64,000 nucleotides of DNA from Octopus vulgaris (taxonomy: Eukaryota), in contig OX597834.1 in assembly GCA_951406725.2 (NCBI GenBank), forward strand, positions 37,820,001 to 37,884,000, in the 5' to 3' direction. Positions 28,130-40,380 of this stretch are shown one piece after another. The notes under the pieces are model-generated. The model searched no databases and was not told the origin of the DNA. It saw nothing but the letters and a program-made list of their open reading frames with translations. A program made the translations under genes and the position numbers. The first letter of the stretch is position 1. Each line of letters starts with the position of its first letter.

Positions 28130-28396
28130 TCACTGGCAAACAGCCACCTGGTTGAGTATTCCACAGACGCACGTACACTTAATATAGTTCTCAGGGAGAT
28201 TTAGCATGACACAGAATGAGACAAAGCTGGCCCTTTAAATTACAAGTACACCTAACTTTTGCCAGCTGAGTGGACCGGGTCACCATATCAAAGTTAAATT
28301 AAATATATTGCTCAAGGACGCAATGCACCGCCGAGAACCGAACTTATGATCTAACGATCGTATGCTCGGCACCCTAACCACTAAGCCACGAGCCTT
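28130..28396 (-). mobile_element. Diverged tRNA-derived SINE related to family D
   Basis: ttccacagac..gttctcagggagattt.gcatgacacaga..aagctggcccttt matches the reverse complement of 38890-38975. Head ctaaccactaagccacg and CORE-like ttgctcaaggac are present. Confidence 0.65.
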
Positions 28397-28865
28397 CACG
28401 ACAGACAGAACTAACACAAGTACGAAATGGTATCGCTTGTCACAATCTGTGGTGGTGGTGGTGGTGGTGGTTATGGTGCTGGTGCTGGTGGTGCTGGTGG
28501 TGGTGCTGGTGGTAGTAGTGGTGGTGGCGGCGGTTGTGGTGGTATGACGGAGGCACTGTAAAGCGTCCTTGCTACGATGAAAACAGAGTAAACTATAGCT
28601 TTTGTTTGTTACTATGGAAACAGACACCATTGTGAGATTTATGGTTAAATAATGGTGGCTTTTGACTGGCTAAAATTACCCAAAATTTGGAAACTTAAGA
28701 TGCTATTAACTTTTTATTTATTAATTAACGGCGAAAATTAATTTCATTTTGTTAATTAGCATACAAAACGAAATCGGTATAACCAAATTTGAAAATAATT
28801 AGAAAAAAATTGAAAAAATACGAAATCTGTGGCAACAATCGTAAAGGTCCCAGGCATGAGATCCA

Positions 28866-29345
28866 CAGGCATGGCTGTGTGTTAAGAAGCTTGATTCCAA
28901 ACCACATGGTTCTGGGTTCAGTCTCACTGCGTGGTACCTTAACCAAATGTCTTCTGCAAAAGTCTCGGGTCAACCAAAACCTTGAGAATGGATTTGGTAA
29001 GCAGAAACTGAAAGAAGCCTGTTGTATATATATAAAAAGGGTGAAGACCCGCTTCCGAGGCACAAGTCCGGGCAAGGTTATTTATGAAAGACCAGCAGCT
29101 GCCCATGCATACCGGGAATCGAACTCACTACCTCGTGATTGTGAGCCCTACGCTCTAACCACTGAGTCATGAGCCTTCGTATACATATGCGTGCGTGTGT
29201 GTGCCTTTGTGCCTTTGTGCCTGTGTTTATCCTCCCTTCCACCGCTTGACAATCGGTGTTGGAGTATTTATGTCACCCGTAACTTAGCGGTTCGGCCAAA
29301 GATACCAATAGAAAAAGTACTAGGCTTAAATAAAAATAAGTCTGA
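28866..29345 (+). mobile_element. SINE family A interrupted at its central microsatellite by an inverted, internally deleted family-C SINE (about 29040-29178)
   Basis: Family-A head runs to gaagcctg (29020). The insert gaagaccc..gcccatgcatacc..ggaatcgaactc..ctctaaccactgag matches 49212-49537. Family A resumes at about 29220. Confidence 0.8.
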
Positions 29346-29551
29346 TCTGGCAGATTCATAACACCACTCGGGCATTCCCTTCTCATTCCCCACATCCTCA
29401 CCCCTTTATTATGTTCAAAACCCCAAACCCTACATCACTCGCTATACCCGATTCTTCCTTCTTTTGCCGTAAGTTTTCCTCATGTTTTTCTGCAAAGGTT
29501 GACTTCCAAGGTTTCAAATTGAACACTGATGCCAATCCCCTTTTTTCCACC

Positions 29552-29698
29552 GGGGTCGATTCCCGGACCGGGCTGAGTGTTGTGTTCTTGATCAAGACAC
29601 TCTATTTCACATTGCTCCAGTTCACTCCTCTGTAGAAATGTGTTGCGACATTATTGGTGCCAAGTTGTATCAGCCTTTGCCTTTCTTTTGGACAACAT
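29552..29698 (+). mobile_element. SINE family C fragment
   Basis: tgtgttcttgatcaagacac..gttgcgac..tggtgccaag.tgtatc.gcctttgccttt is the reverse complement of about 49350-49480. Confidence 0.75.
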
Positions 29699-29790
29699 CC
29701 AAGATTGTCCTTTTGGGGTGAGTTAGCAGGGGGTAACCGACTACACGGAGGTCCAAAGAAGCGATATAACGATCATCTCAAGAAATCCCT
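29699..29790 (+). pseudogene. RTE-clade (BovB-like) LINE ORF2 C-terminal fragment
   Basis: Translates PRLSFWGELAGGNRLHGGPKKRYNDHLKKSL, matching the PK..L.GEL..G.R..GG.KKRYKD.LK.SL motif. Confidence 0.7.
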
Positions 29791-30262
29791 CTCTTTCCTC
29801 CACCCTCTCCTTTTCAACCTCCTCCGCCTGTCCTTCTCCCCTTCTATCTCCTCATCTCCTCTTCCCCTCCTTCTTTCCTTCCTCCACCTCCACCTCGTCC
29901 TTCTCCCCTCCTCTTTCTCTTTCTCGACTTCTCCTCCGCCTAGTATCCTCTACCCGTCCTCTCCCACCAGTCCTCCGCATCCACCTCCGCCTCTCGGCTC
30001 CTCTTCTTCCTCCTTTTCCTTCTCCTCCTCCTCCTTTGCCTGTCCACTTCCCCCTCCTCTTCCTCATCTTCTACTGGATTATCTTATGGCTTTAATTACT
30101 TAAGAAACTATGAAAAGCGAGACGCCATAAAACGTAATACGTAAATAATTGTGTGTGGACAAACCGCTGAGGTTTCATTAACGATTGTATAATCATTATA
30201 CAACACGCCATGCATCAGTTATATGACTTATTAACATCATTTACACAACATGTTTTCTACCA

Positions 30263-30662
30263 GGCGCAGGAGTGGCTATGTGGTAAGTAACTTGCTTACC
30301 AACCACATGGTTCTGGGTTCATTCCCACTGCGTGGTACCTTGGGCAAGTGTCTTCTACTATAGCCTCGAGCCGACCAAAGCCTTGTGAGTGGATTTGGCG
30401 AACGGAAACTGAAAGAAGCCCGTCATATATATGTATATATGTGTGTGTATATGTTTATGTGTGTGTGTGTGTCCCCCCCCCCCCCAACATCGCTTGACAA
30501 TCGATGCTGGTGTGTTTACGTCCCCGTAACTTAGCGGTTCGGCAAAAGAGACCGATAGAATAAGTACTAGGCTTACAAAGAATAAGTCCTGGGGTCGATT
30601 TGCTCGACTAAAGGCGTTACTCCAGCATGGCCTCAGTCAAATGACTGAAACAAGTAAAAGAG
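30263..30662 (+). mobile_element. SINE family A, full-length, little diverged
   Basis: Starts GGCGCAGGAGTGGCTATGTGG, ends GACTGAAACAAGTAAAAGAG, colinear with 2842-3246. Confidence 0.92.
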
Positions 30663-30690
30663 TATAGAGTTATTCTTCATATTATATATC

Positions 30691-31086
30691 ACTAGCAGTA
30701 TCGCCCGGCGTTGCTCGGGTTTGTAAGGGAAATAATTATATAAGCATTTTTAGAGATGTAAAGTATAATAGCCATCTCAATATGGCTAACCACAAAGGGG
30801 GAGGGGTGTTACTGTAGCTTTTTACGTTCTGAGATTTAATAATAAATTTTGAGAGTTACTTCCCTTATATATGTCAAAAATGTATTAAAAATTGGAAAAA
30901 TTGATGGTAAATTTTTTTATAAATCGTAGACTCATCGTAGACGCGCGCTAATACCCAGACGGTCTCGATATGAATCACGACTATAAGATACCCGGTTTTG
31001 GTTAAACTGCACCGCAAAATGTGGGAGTAGTTAGGAATCTAAATCGTAGGAGACAGACACACAACCTCACTTTTATCTATAAAGAT
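30691..31086 (-). mobile_element. Non-autonomous Helentron/Helitron-type element
   Basis: One end has ACTAG next to the hairpin CCCGGCGTTGCTCGGG. The other end reads TTTTATCTATAAAGAT. These termini are typical of rolling-circle non-autonomous elements. Confidence 0.65.
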
Positions 31087-31148
31087 TTCCTCTATTTACA
31101 TAATATTGAGGTCTCTTTCTTTCTTTTGTTATCTTACTGTTTTTACCA

Positions 31149-31187
<39 letters not shown>

Positions 31188-31259
31188 TATATATAGTTAC
31201 AGAGATGTACTTGCATAGCAAGTGACTTGATCTGAGATCGTGTGCTGGAACGAAAACAG

Positions 31260-31518
31260 TTGCAGCGTTGAAGGTGTTTATAAGCCATTTAAGAAACACA
31301 CAAAAACCGTTAGATTCACTTCAACATTTAAATTTAATTTGTCAAAATATTTTCGTCGCTTTGAGACCGCGACCTGTTAGCACGATATTTTTGTCAGTGA
31401 ACAGGTGGCGGTCTCAAAGCGACGAAAATATTTTGGCAAATTAAATTTAAATGTTGAAGTGAATGTAACGGTTTTTGTGTGTTTCTTAAATGGCTTACAA
31501 ACACCTTCCACGCTGCAA
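31260..31518. repeat. 119-bp inverted repeat (31260-31378 and 31400-31518) with a 21-bp spacer, probably an inverted Penelope-like pseudo-LTR pair
   Basis: The arms are reverse complements with only a handful of mismatches and contain a hammerhead-like motif. Confidence 0.9.
31390..31440 (+). ncRNA. Minimal type-I hammerhead-ribozyme-like motif with a G3/C8 core variant
   Basis: tttgtca GTGAACA g gtggc[ggtctcaaa]gcgac GAAA atat TT tggcaaa: stem I, swapped core, stem II, GAAA, palindromic loop 3, UH, stem I'. Confidence 0.55.
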
Positions 31519-31877
31519 TATATATATACACATATATATATGTATGTATGTGTGTATATGTGTATGCATGTATGTGTGTGTGTGTGTGTGTGCGTGTCTG
31601 TGCTTGTGATTGTCCTCCACCACTGCTTGACAACGAATGTTGGTTTGTTTACATCCCTGTCACCTAGTGGTTTGACAAAGGAAACAGATAGAATAAGTAC
31701 AATGCTTACAAAAATAAAACTGGAGTTGATTCATTAAACTACAATTCTTCAAGGCATTGCCCCAGCATGGCCACAGACCAATGGCTGGAAAAAGCAGAAG
31801 AATAAAAGAATACATTCTCTGCTTTGGTCATATGTTGAAGGCATGAGAAAGCTTGAGTTTACATGAGAAGGCCTAAC

Positions 31878-32362
31878 AGACCTGGTAGAAACAGCAGCCA
31901 AATCTCCCTCAAATCACACCTTACTGTCTTATGTATGTATATATATATATGAGCCAATGAGGGGGACCTCTACATGGTAGCTAGACCTGGTAGAAATAGC
32001 AGCCAAATTTCCCTAAATCACACCTTACTGTCTTATCTATGTATATATGTATGTATGAGCCTATGAGGGAGACCCCTCATGGCAGCTAGACCTGGTAGAA
32101 ATAGCAGCCAAATTTCCCCCAAATCACACCTTACTGTCTTATCTATGTATATATGTATGTATGAGCCTATGAGGGAGACCCCTACATGGCAGCTAGACCT
32201 GGTAGAAATAGCAGCCAAATTTCCCCCAAATCACACCTTACTGTCTTATCTATGTATATATATATGTATGTATGAGCCTATGAGGGAGACCCCTACATGG
32301 CAGCTAGACATGGTAGAAATAGCAGCCAAATCTCCCTCAAATCACACCTTACTGTCTTATCT
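31878..32362 (+). repeat. Tandem array of about 4.5 units of 105-111 bp derived from an interspersed repeat
   Basis: agacctggtagaaatagcagccaaat..caaatcacaccttactgtcttat starts at 31878, 31983, 32088, 32195 and 32306. Confidence 0.95.
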
Positions 32363-32909
32363 TTCTGCTACTTGGATATAGGTATTATATTCGTCGTAAA
32401 AAAAACTTTCCTGTCACACACTCACGCACACGCGCACACACACACACACACACGCACCCTCACACACACACACACACGCGCACACCCACACCCACCCACT
32501 CACACACACGCACGTTAGCTTACAATTTTATTTATATATTTGCGTGTCTGTGTGGAAAGAAGAAGTGGGAGGCAGAGTGAAAGAATCACTCACTACAGTA
32601 AGTGAATTAGTTTCATTTTATTCGTTGCCCACTGTGTGTGTGCGTTTGCGTGTGGTGTAAACCAGACTAAGAAAAGCATTTGACACACACACCAGAATGT
32701 GAGTTTTCTGTAAATTTTGCTTAACTGGAGTTTAAATTTTAAAAACTGGAGCTGGCATGACGCAATGCATTGTACTCTTAAAAATGCAAGGTAAATTGTA
32801 ATTGAAGAAATCCTATATTGTAGATTTGTATAACTCCCAAAGGGAGGCAGATAAAATCTGCCTTTTATAATAAGAGATTTATATTATCCTAAAGAATACT
32901 TCATGTTAG

Positions 32910-33100
32910 GCACTAGTCACATTACATGTTTACACACCAGTTATGTCACGTTATATGCCTGTTATACTATATGGTATATACCAGTTATACAACATGGAAT
33001 ATACCAGTTATACCACATGTAATATACGATGTTATACACCAGTAATACTACACTTTATATAACACTAATATTACATGTTATATATCAGTCATGCTATTTA
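32910..33100 (+). repeat. Degenerate minisatellite with a unit of about 23 bp
   Basis: Recurrent tatacaccagttata..acatg. Confidence 0.6.
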
Positions 33101-33101
33101 C

Positions 33102-33150
33102 CAGTGGTTCCTAACCTGGGGTCCGCAATGGTAATACTGGGGATCCGTAA
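33102..33150 (+). mobile_element. hAT (Charlie-like) transposon terminal fragment
   Basis: CAGTGGTTCCTAACCTGGGGTCC resembles hAT-Charlie TIR starts. No partner TIR was found. Confidence 0.4.
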
Positions 33151-33163
33151 ACTAAATTCGAAA

Positions 33164-33205
<42 letters not shown>

Positions 33206-33868
33206 GCACACACACACACATATATATATATATAATCAAATTAAGCAACAGGATATCTAGAAGTGATGCAGTACGACCGTTTCAAGCGACTCCATTTAAT
33301 TGAACAATGCAAATATTACGTCAATTTAAATACAGAATTATTCCCAGCTGCATAAATAAATAAAATAAATAGAATCAATTTAAACAGTCGGACACATTTG
33401 TATAATTTTACTTAAATCTTCTAAGAGGGCAAGAAGACGACGTCCATGCTGTTTTCACTTCAGCTTATATATATATCTATATATATATATATATATATAT
33501 ATATGCCAGCTCAAAAATTTACTCGTCCTGTCGAAAAGACGCTTGTCTGTGACGTCCTGGTTTTGTTGTTATTATTATCATTATTGTTTTTACGTATTTT
33601 TGTATTCTTATTCGTGTAACATCGTCCGTTTTTCCGTCCTTGTTTTGTATACATTCGAGGCTTTCTTCCAAGGAATCTAATGCGCTTGGCTTAGATTTTC
33701 CTTTGGGGCTGGCCAGGTCGGAGCAATCTCAAGATTAATCACCCGAAATTGCGAAGATGATCCGGTTCTTGACTGAAGATTGAAGGCTTCGAATGTCCCG
33801 TCCGTGTTTTTTTTTGTGTCGTCTTCTAAATGTTTTACGTTCTTGTCCCAGTTTGTATTTTTTACTTT

Positions 33869-33939
<71 letters not shown>

Positions 33940-34968
33940 ATATGCATATATATATTATATTATATTATATTACTTGTCAACACCAGCTATTCATGTTATG
34001 AACCGATCTTAATCCCTTTATGCATAAATGAATGAATTAACTAATCTGTTTGTTTATTCTATTATTTGATGTATTATTAAATCTCTGTATGGCGGTGAAA
34101 GGAAAGAAACGGCGCAACGTCACTCTGATGGGGGGAAAAACCCTCTGGGGTGTCGTTCAACAAGTTAAATATAGCAGCTAAATTCCTCTAAGATCACACC
34201 CGAACATCTCCGAATAAAGACGTGATGATTACGGGTAGAAAAAAAAACCTTTGATCATAGCGCTGCTTAATCAAAGATGATCTGCAACAACGATGTCGAT
34301 GACGCCAACAACAACAACAACATCAAAATCATGAATGGTTTTTCCCTCTGTGCCTCGGCTAAGAAATTCTTCGTTTTGTGCTTTAGCGAAGGTATTCTCT
34401 CCTTCAACTCTTCTTACTAAATGACTCTTCCTTTCTGCTTTCCGACAAAAAAAACAGAAATCTATATTCATTCGCTGCCAATTCATCTCAACGAAGATAC
34501 ATTAAACACTTTACGATTCACAAAGATTCTTAATGCCATTCATACGGTTGTTGTTGTTGTTCTTCTTCTTCTTTTTCTTCTTCTTTTCTTCATCTTCTTC
34601 TTCTTCTTCTTCTTCTTCTTCTTCTTCTTCTTCTTCTTCTTCTTCTTCTTCTTCTTCTTCTTCTTCTTCTTCCTTTCCTCCACATATTTCTTTTCGTTCT
34701 ACTCCTCCTCCTCCTCCTCCTCCTCTGCTTTCTCCTTCTCCTTCGTGCCTTCTACTTCTCTTACTTTTCCAACTTTTCCTTTTCCGCCTCTTCTTCTTCT
34801 TCTTCTTCTTCTTCTTCTTCTTCTTCTTCTTCTTGATTTGTTATCACCACAACCACAACCACCACCACCACTAATACAACCAACAACACCATAAAAACAC
34901 CGACCACAACACGCATCACATCGTACGGCACTTTCTACCAAATCAACCAATCGAGATTTCCTTTTCTC

Positions 34969-35010
<42 letters not shown>

Positions 35011-35353
35011 TGTATGTGTGTGTGTGTGTGCGAGTGTATGTGTGTGTGTGTGTGTCTTGTTAATCGTTGTTGTTGTCGTCGTTGTTGTTGTTTATCCTTC
35101 TGTTACCATAAAAAGCGAAGGTTTTTGTTATGGAAATCTTTTAAGATTGAGACGTAAGGAGAGAGAAGAAAATTAGAAAACCGTACGTAGGAAGGAAGAG
35201 AGAGAGAGAGAGAAAGGGGTGAGATAGAGAGAAGTAGGGAAGGGGTGGAGGGAGGGAGAGATAGAGAGATAGAGAGAAATAGTGCAAGAGACAAAAAGAG
35301 TCAAAAGAAAAGGCACGATAGATACATATATATATATTTATAAGCATACACAC

Positions 35354-35415
<62 letters not shown>

Positions 35416-35425
35416 CATATATATG

Positions 35426-35483
<58 letters not shown>

Positions 35484-35599
35484 AAGAACTTTCTTACTGA
35501 ACCTTTCTTCTATGTCTTCTCTTATATACATATAACATATATATATATATAAATATATATATGTGTGTGTGTATGTATATATGCATATATATATATATA

Positions 35600-35647
<48 letters not shown>

Positions 35648-35678
35648 CTGTGTGTGTATGAATATATATGTAAATGTG

Positions 35679-35724
<46 letters not shown>

Positions 35725-35786
35725 TATGTGTATATATATATACATATATATGTGTGTGTATATATCCATACGTACATATATATATA

Positions 35787-35908
<122 letters not shown>

Positions 35909-35994
35909 TAGATAGATACATAGATAGATAGACAGATATACACGTACACATATGTGTGTTTGTGTGTGTGAGCGTGTTTCTGCATGTGTGTGTG

Positions 35995-36044
35995 TGTTTG
36001 TATGGTTGCATGTATATACGCATATGTGCTTATATATGCGCACA

Positions 36045-36076
<32 letters not shown>

Positions 36077-36815
36077 CCTATATGTATACATTACTGACGC
36101 ATACACACATACAAATGCACACGTCCTCCCACACACACACTGAGTGAGAGAAGAGAGAGAGGGGGGAGAGGGGGGGGAGAAGAAGAGTTTTGTAAGATAG
36201 GGAAATATTCCGAAAAAGTCCGAAAAACTAAAATAAAATAAAAGATAAAAATCTTACATAAATAATTAAAAGAAAACACAAGAAAAAAAACAATAAAAGA
36301 ACATCTTAAGGTGTGTGTGTGTGTGCATGTGTGTATGTGTGTGTGTGTATGTGAAGATGCGTGTGTGTATGTGCATGTGTGTGTGTGTTTATATGTTTGC
36401 ATGTATGTTTACAAGTGTATGCGCACATGTGTGTGTATGTGTGTATGTGTGTGTATGTGTGTATGAGTGTGTATGAGTGTGTACGTGTGTATGTGTGGTA
36501 TGTACGTGTATTTATATGGTTGCATGTATGTTTACAAGTGTATGCGTATATGTGTGCGCGTGTATGTATGTGTATGTGTGTGTGTACATGTGTATGTGTG
36601 TTTATATATATGTATGTATGCTTGCAAGTGTATGCGTACGTGTGTTTGTGAATTTGTGTGTGTGTTAGCATCTTTGTCTGTGTGTGTGTTTGTATGGTTG
36701 CATGTATGTTTACAAATATATGCGTATATATATATATGTGTGTGTACGTGTATGTGTGTGTGTGTGTTTTAATATGGCAGCATGTATGCTTAGAAGTGTA
36801 TGCGTATATATATGT
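35995..36815 (+). repeat. (TG)n-embedded higher-order repeat
   Basis: About six variants of ttgcatgtatgtttacaagtgtatgcg separated by TG/TA runs. Confidence 0.7.
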
Positions 36816-37525
36816 GTGTGTATATGTGTGCGTGTGGTGCGTGTGGCATGTGTGGCGTGTGGTATATATCTGATGGGGTTTGCATTCGCGTATGTGTATA
36901 TGAGAGAAAAGTAGTGTGTATGTGTGATCCTCTGTGTGTGTGTGTATGTGTGTGCATGCATATATGTAGATGTATATGGTTATCTATGAAGGTGCATATG
37001 TGAGTGTGTGTGTGTGTTTTGTGTGAGATGAAGAGTGTGTGAGTATATGGTGTAATGTATATATGTGTGTCTTTCATCATCGAGAGAGTTACGTTTGTGA
37101 CAGTGCGTGTGTGATGGCGTGATGGCGTGATGGTGGTGGTGGTGATGTGTGTGTGTGTGTGAGTGTATGTATATATATATATATATATATGTTTGTATGT
37201 GTGTTTGTTGCTGTTGTTGTTGTGGTGCTTGTTGTTTATAAACAAACGGCAGCGAGATCTCCGGTGAGTTAAGATAGAGTTACTGAAAATAACTCATTGA
37301 GGTGAACTACAAACAAACATTTGATGGTCTAGCAGGGTGTGAAGTTACACGCATGCGCACTCGCTGTCACACGCATACACGCGTTTATATATACAAATAT
37401 ATATCTACCTATATATATATATATATATATACATACATATACATATATATATATGCATGTGTATTTATGTATATATATATGTATACATATACAAACATAT
37501 ATATATACATATATATATCTATATC

Positions 37526-37558
<33 letters not shown>

Positions 37559-37612
37559 ATATCTATGTGTATGCGTGTGTGCGCGTGTTGTTTATATGTT
37601 CGTAAATGCGTA

Positions 37613-37661
<49 letters not shown>

Positions 37662-37771
37662 CTATACATACATAAATGCATACATATATACACACATACA
37701 TAAATACATACATACGTATATACATACATACATACATACATACATGCATACATACATACATACATACATAC

Positions 37772-37802
<31 letters not shown>

Positions 37803-38499
37803 AAGGCATGGAACAGTGAGAACAAATAATTTGCAATTTCGGAATGCGAAGAAAGGATCTCCCGTTCGAGCCCTTACGTGGACTTTTGGTTGACTTCAGC
37901 CTTTTTCAATGAAACAAACTAAACGGCATCTGTACCGAACCCCTTCCAGTGACCAGACTTGTCTCACACCCTATGACGAGGATTTTCCCCCTGAGATATA
38001 CGTTATGGTTACATTTGTCCGCGGGGTACTCAGTCGCTTCGGACATCTGCTGATTATTCTAAGAATCTTTGTTGAGTTTTTATGTTATTCACCATAGTAA
38101 GAGATGTCAGGGTTTGAGCAGTGGATGTCATTGGTTTAGTTGTAAAGGTGTTAGACACATGATACTAAGGTTCTGGTTTCGGACTCTTCAAATACGTTTG
38201 TTATCGTAAATTTGATTTGTCGTCTTCAGCTAGATTTACTTGGACAATATTTCAAGTGTTGCTACATGTATGTACATAAGTATATATATATATATATATA
38301 TACATATAGATAGATAGATACGTAAGGGAACAAGGTGTACGTTACGCCGCAATAATATAGGTATAAAAATTATATAAAAAAAGGAACAAGAGCGTGAAAT
38401 ACACAAAGAGACGGCACAAAAAACGGACGGGTCATTCGAAGCCTTTAATCTTCAGTCAGGAACCGGATCATCATAGCAAATTTCGGCTGATTAATCCTG

Positions 38500-38570
<71 letters not shown>

Positions 38571-38682
38571 TTATGTACATATATTTACATTTATACATAA
38601 AAGCACACACACATACGTGTGTGCGTATATGTACGTGTGTGTGTATGTGTGTGTGGAGGCGTGTGTGTGTCTGTGTGTGTGT

Positions 38683-39061
38683 GGAGGCGCAATGGCCCAG
38701 TGGTTAGTCCAGCAGACTCGCGGTGGTAGGATCGCGGTTTCGATTCCTTGACCGGGTGTTGTGAGTGTTTATTGAGCGAAAGCACTTGAAGCTCTACGAG
38801 ATTCCAGCAGTGGGTGGTGGCGAACCCTGCTGTACTCTTTCACCACAACTTTTCTCTCACTCTTTCTTCCTGTTTCTGTTGTACCTGTATTTCAAAGGAC
38901 CAGCCTTATCACTCTCTGTGTCACACTGAATATCCCCGAGAACTACGTTAAGGGGACACGTGTCTGTGGAATGCTCAGCCACTTGCACGTTAATTTCACG
39001 AGCAGGCTGTTCCGTTGATCGGATCAACAGGAAACCACATCGTCGTAACCGACGGAGTGCC
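38683..39061 (+). mobile_element. SINE family D, full-length, tRNA-derived head
   Basis: GGAGGCGCAATGGCCCAGTGGTTAG (A box)..GACTCGCGG..GGTTTCGATTCC (B box). The body is shared with 20740-20780 and 28130-28250. Confidence 0.85.
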
Positions 39062-39269
39062 GTAGTAGTAGTATGTATATATAATTTTATGTTTGCAGGT
39101 GTTTGCATATGCACATGCAGGAATATGTATGTGAGAGAGGCGGATACAGAAACACAATAACGTATTTATGGACGAATGCGCGATTGTGTGACGTAGATGT
39201 GAGATGATGTGATGTTCATGCCATGGGCAATTTTTAACAAAAGATCGAAACTAGTGAATTCGTGCAAAA

Positions 39270-39730
39270 ATCACCATATTTATTTAGGAATCTCCAAATA
39301 CCAACCGGTTGAAACAGTTTATTTTCAACATAATTGAATCGTCATAGCCTAAACGATAGTCGCATATCTGATCTCATTATTTCTATGTATTTTGTGTATT
39401 GATTTTCCGTTCATTGTTAGTTTTCTGCATTTCCGAGCTTTTATAAACCGTTTCCTAATTTTGAAGTGGCATAGGTAATCAATTTCTTTATCTGCAAAGA
39501 GTCTAAGTATTGGTCCATTAATGTCTTGGTATTGTCCATTGTTGTTTTATCCAGATTTCCAGTTTCTTGTAGTGATTTTCATTCGTTAATTGTTATAATT
39601 CTTTATCTTTTCTAAAAATCTTTATCCATGACAATAATTGCTTTGCATTTGTCAGCTTCTTTCAAATTAATGAATTATCATTTTTCAATGTCTCTAGAGT
39701 TTCTTCTCTTGTTTTCGAGGTTATTTTTTA
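39270..39730 (-). pseudogene. Decayed Penelope-like RT N-terminal fragment
   Basis: Minus strand LETLKNDNSLI/(frameshift)LKEADKCKAIIVMDKDF resembles the L..LK.D..III..ADKG.A.V.MD..Y motif (ADK at 39648-39656). Outer boundaries are approximate. Confidence 0.6.
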
Positions 39731-40194
39731 AAATTTTATTTGGCATTTATAATTGTCATATCAATGGAGCATCTAAATATCGTTTCAACGTAAGAATCCA
39801 AATGTTCATATTTTTCTCGATGGCGATGATGATGAAGTTGGATTTATTCCTTTACAAATAAATCATCATATTTATTCTCATTGTCGTATGCTTTCTTTAC
39901 AGAAAACGAACCATCATTTCTCAATATTCTCATAAAATTCCAGTATTAAAACAAACAGAGATGTTTAATAAAAATACGATACATATAAATATTTGAACTT
40001 TTATTCATGTCAGTCGCCACACATCAAACGGAACTTTTGGTACGACATGACAAAACGAAATACGCCATTGCGTTTCGTTCAGAACTACGACGAATTCAAC
40101 TTAGTGAACTAAGGAGTCTTCGAAAACTAGAAAAAATACCAACATTAAGGGAAACCTATCGATTCTGTTATGTTTTTTAACCTTTTATCGATTA

Positions 40195-40380
40195 TTTGTT
40201 TCAGTCATTAGACTGCGGCCATGCTGGGGCACCAGCTTGAAGAATTGGGGTTGAATGAATAGACCCCAGTACTTATTTTTTAAAAACAAAAACCCTGGTA
40301 CTTATTCTATCGGTCCCTTTTACTGAACCACTAAGTTACGGGGAAGTAAGCCCACCAACACTGGCTGTCAAGCAGTGGAG
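40195..40380 (-). mobile_element. SINE family A, 3' portion
   Basis: gtttcagtcattagactgcggccatgctggggcacc..tacttattctatcggtc..ctaagttacgggga. Confidence 0.8.

Noticed and set aside
31878-32362. CRISPR-like regular repeats
   Set aside because: The intervening sequences are near-identical rather than unique spacers, the context is eukaryotic, and there are no cas genes.
33700-33815. Hammerhead candidate around CTGAAGA (inverted homolog at about 38420-38500)
   Set aside because: It is a genuine dispersed repeat, but I could not assemble core, GAAA and stems into a consistent hammerhead fold.
38683-38760. Possible tRNA gene
   Set aside because: A and B boxes are present but there is no acceptor stem or terminator, and it continues into a repeated SINE body.
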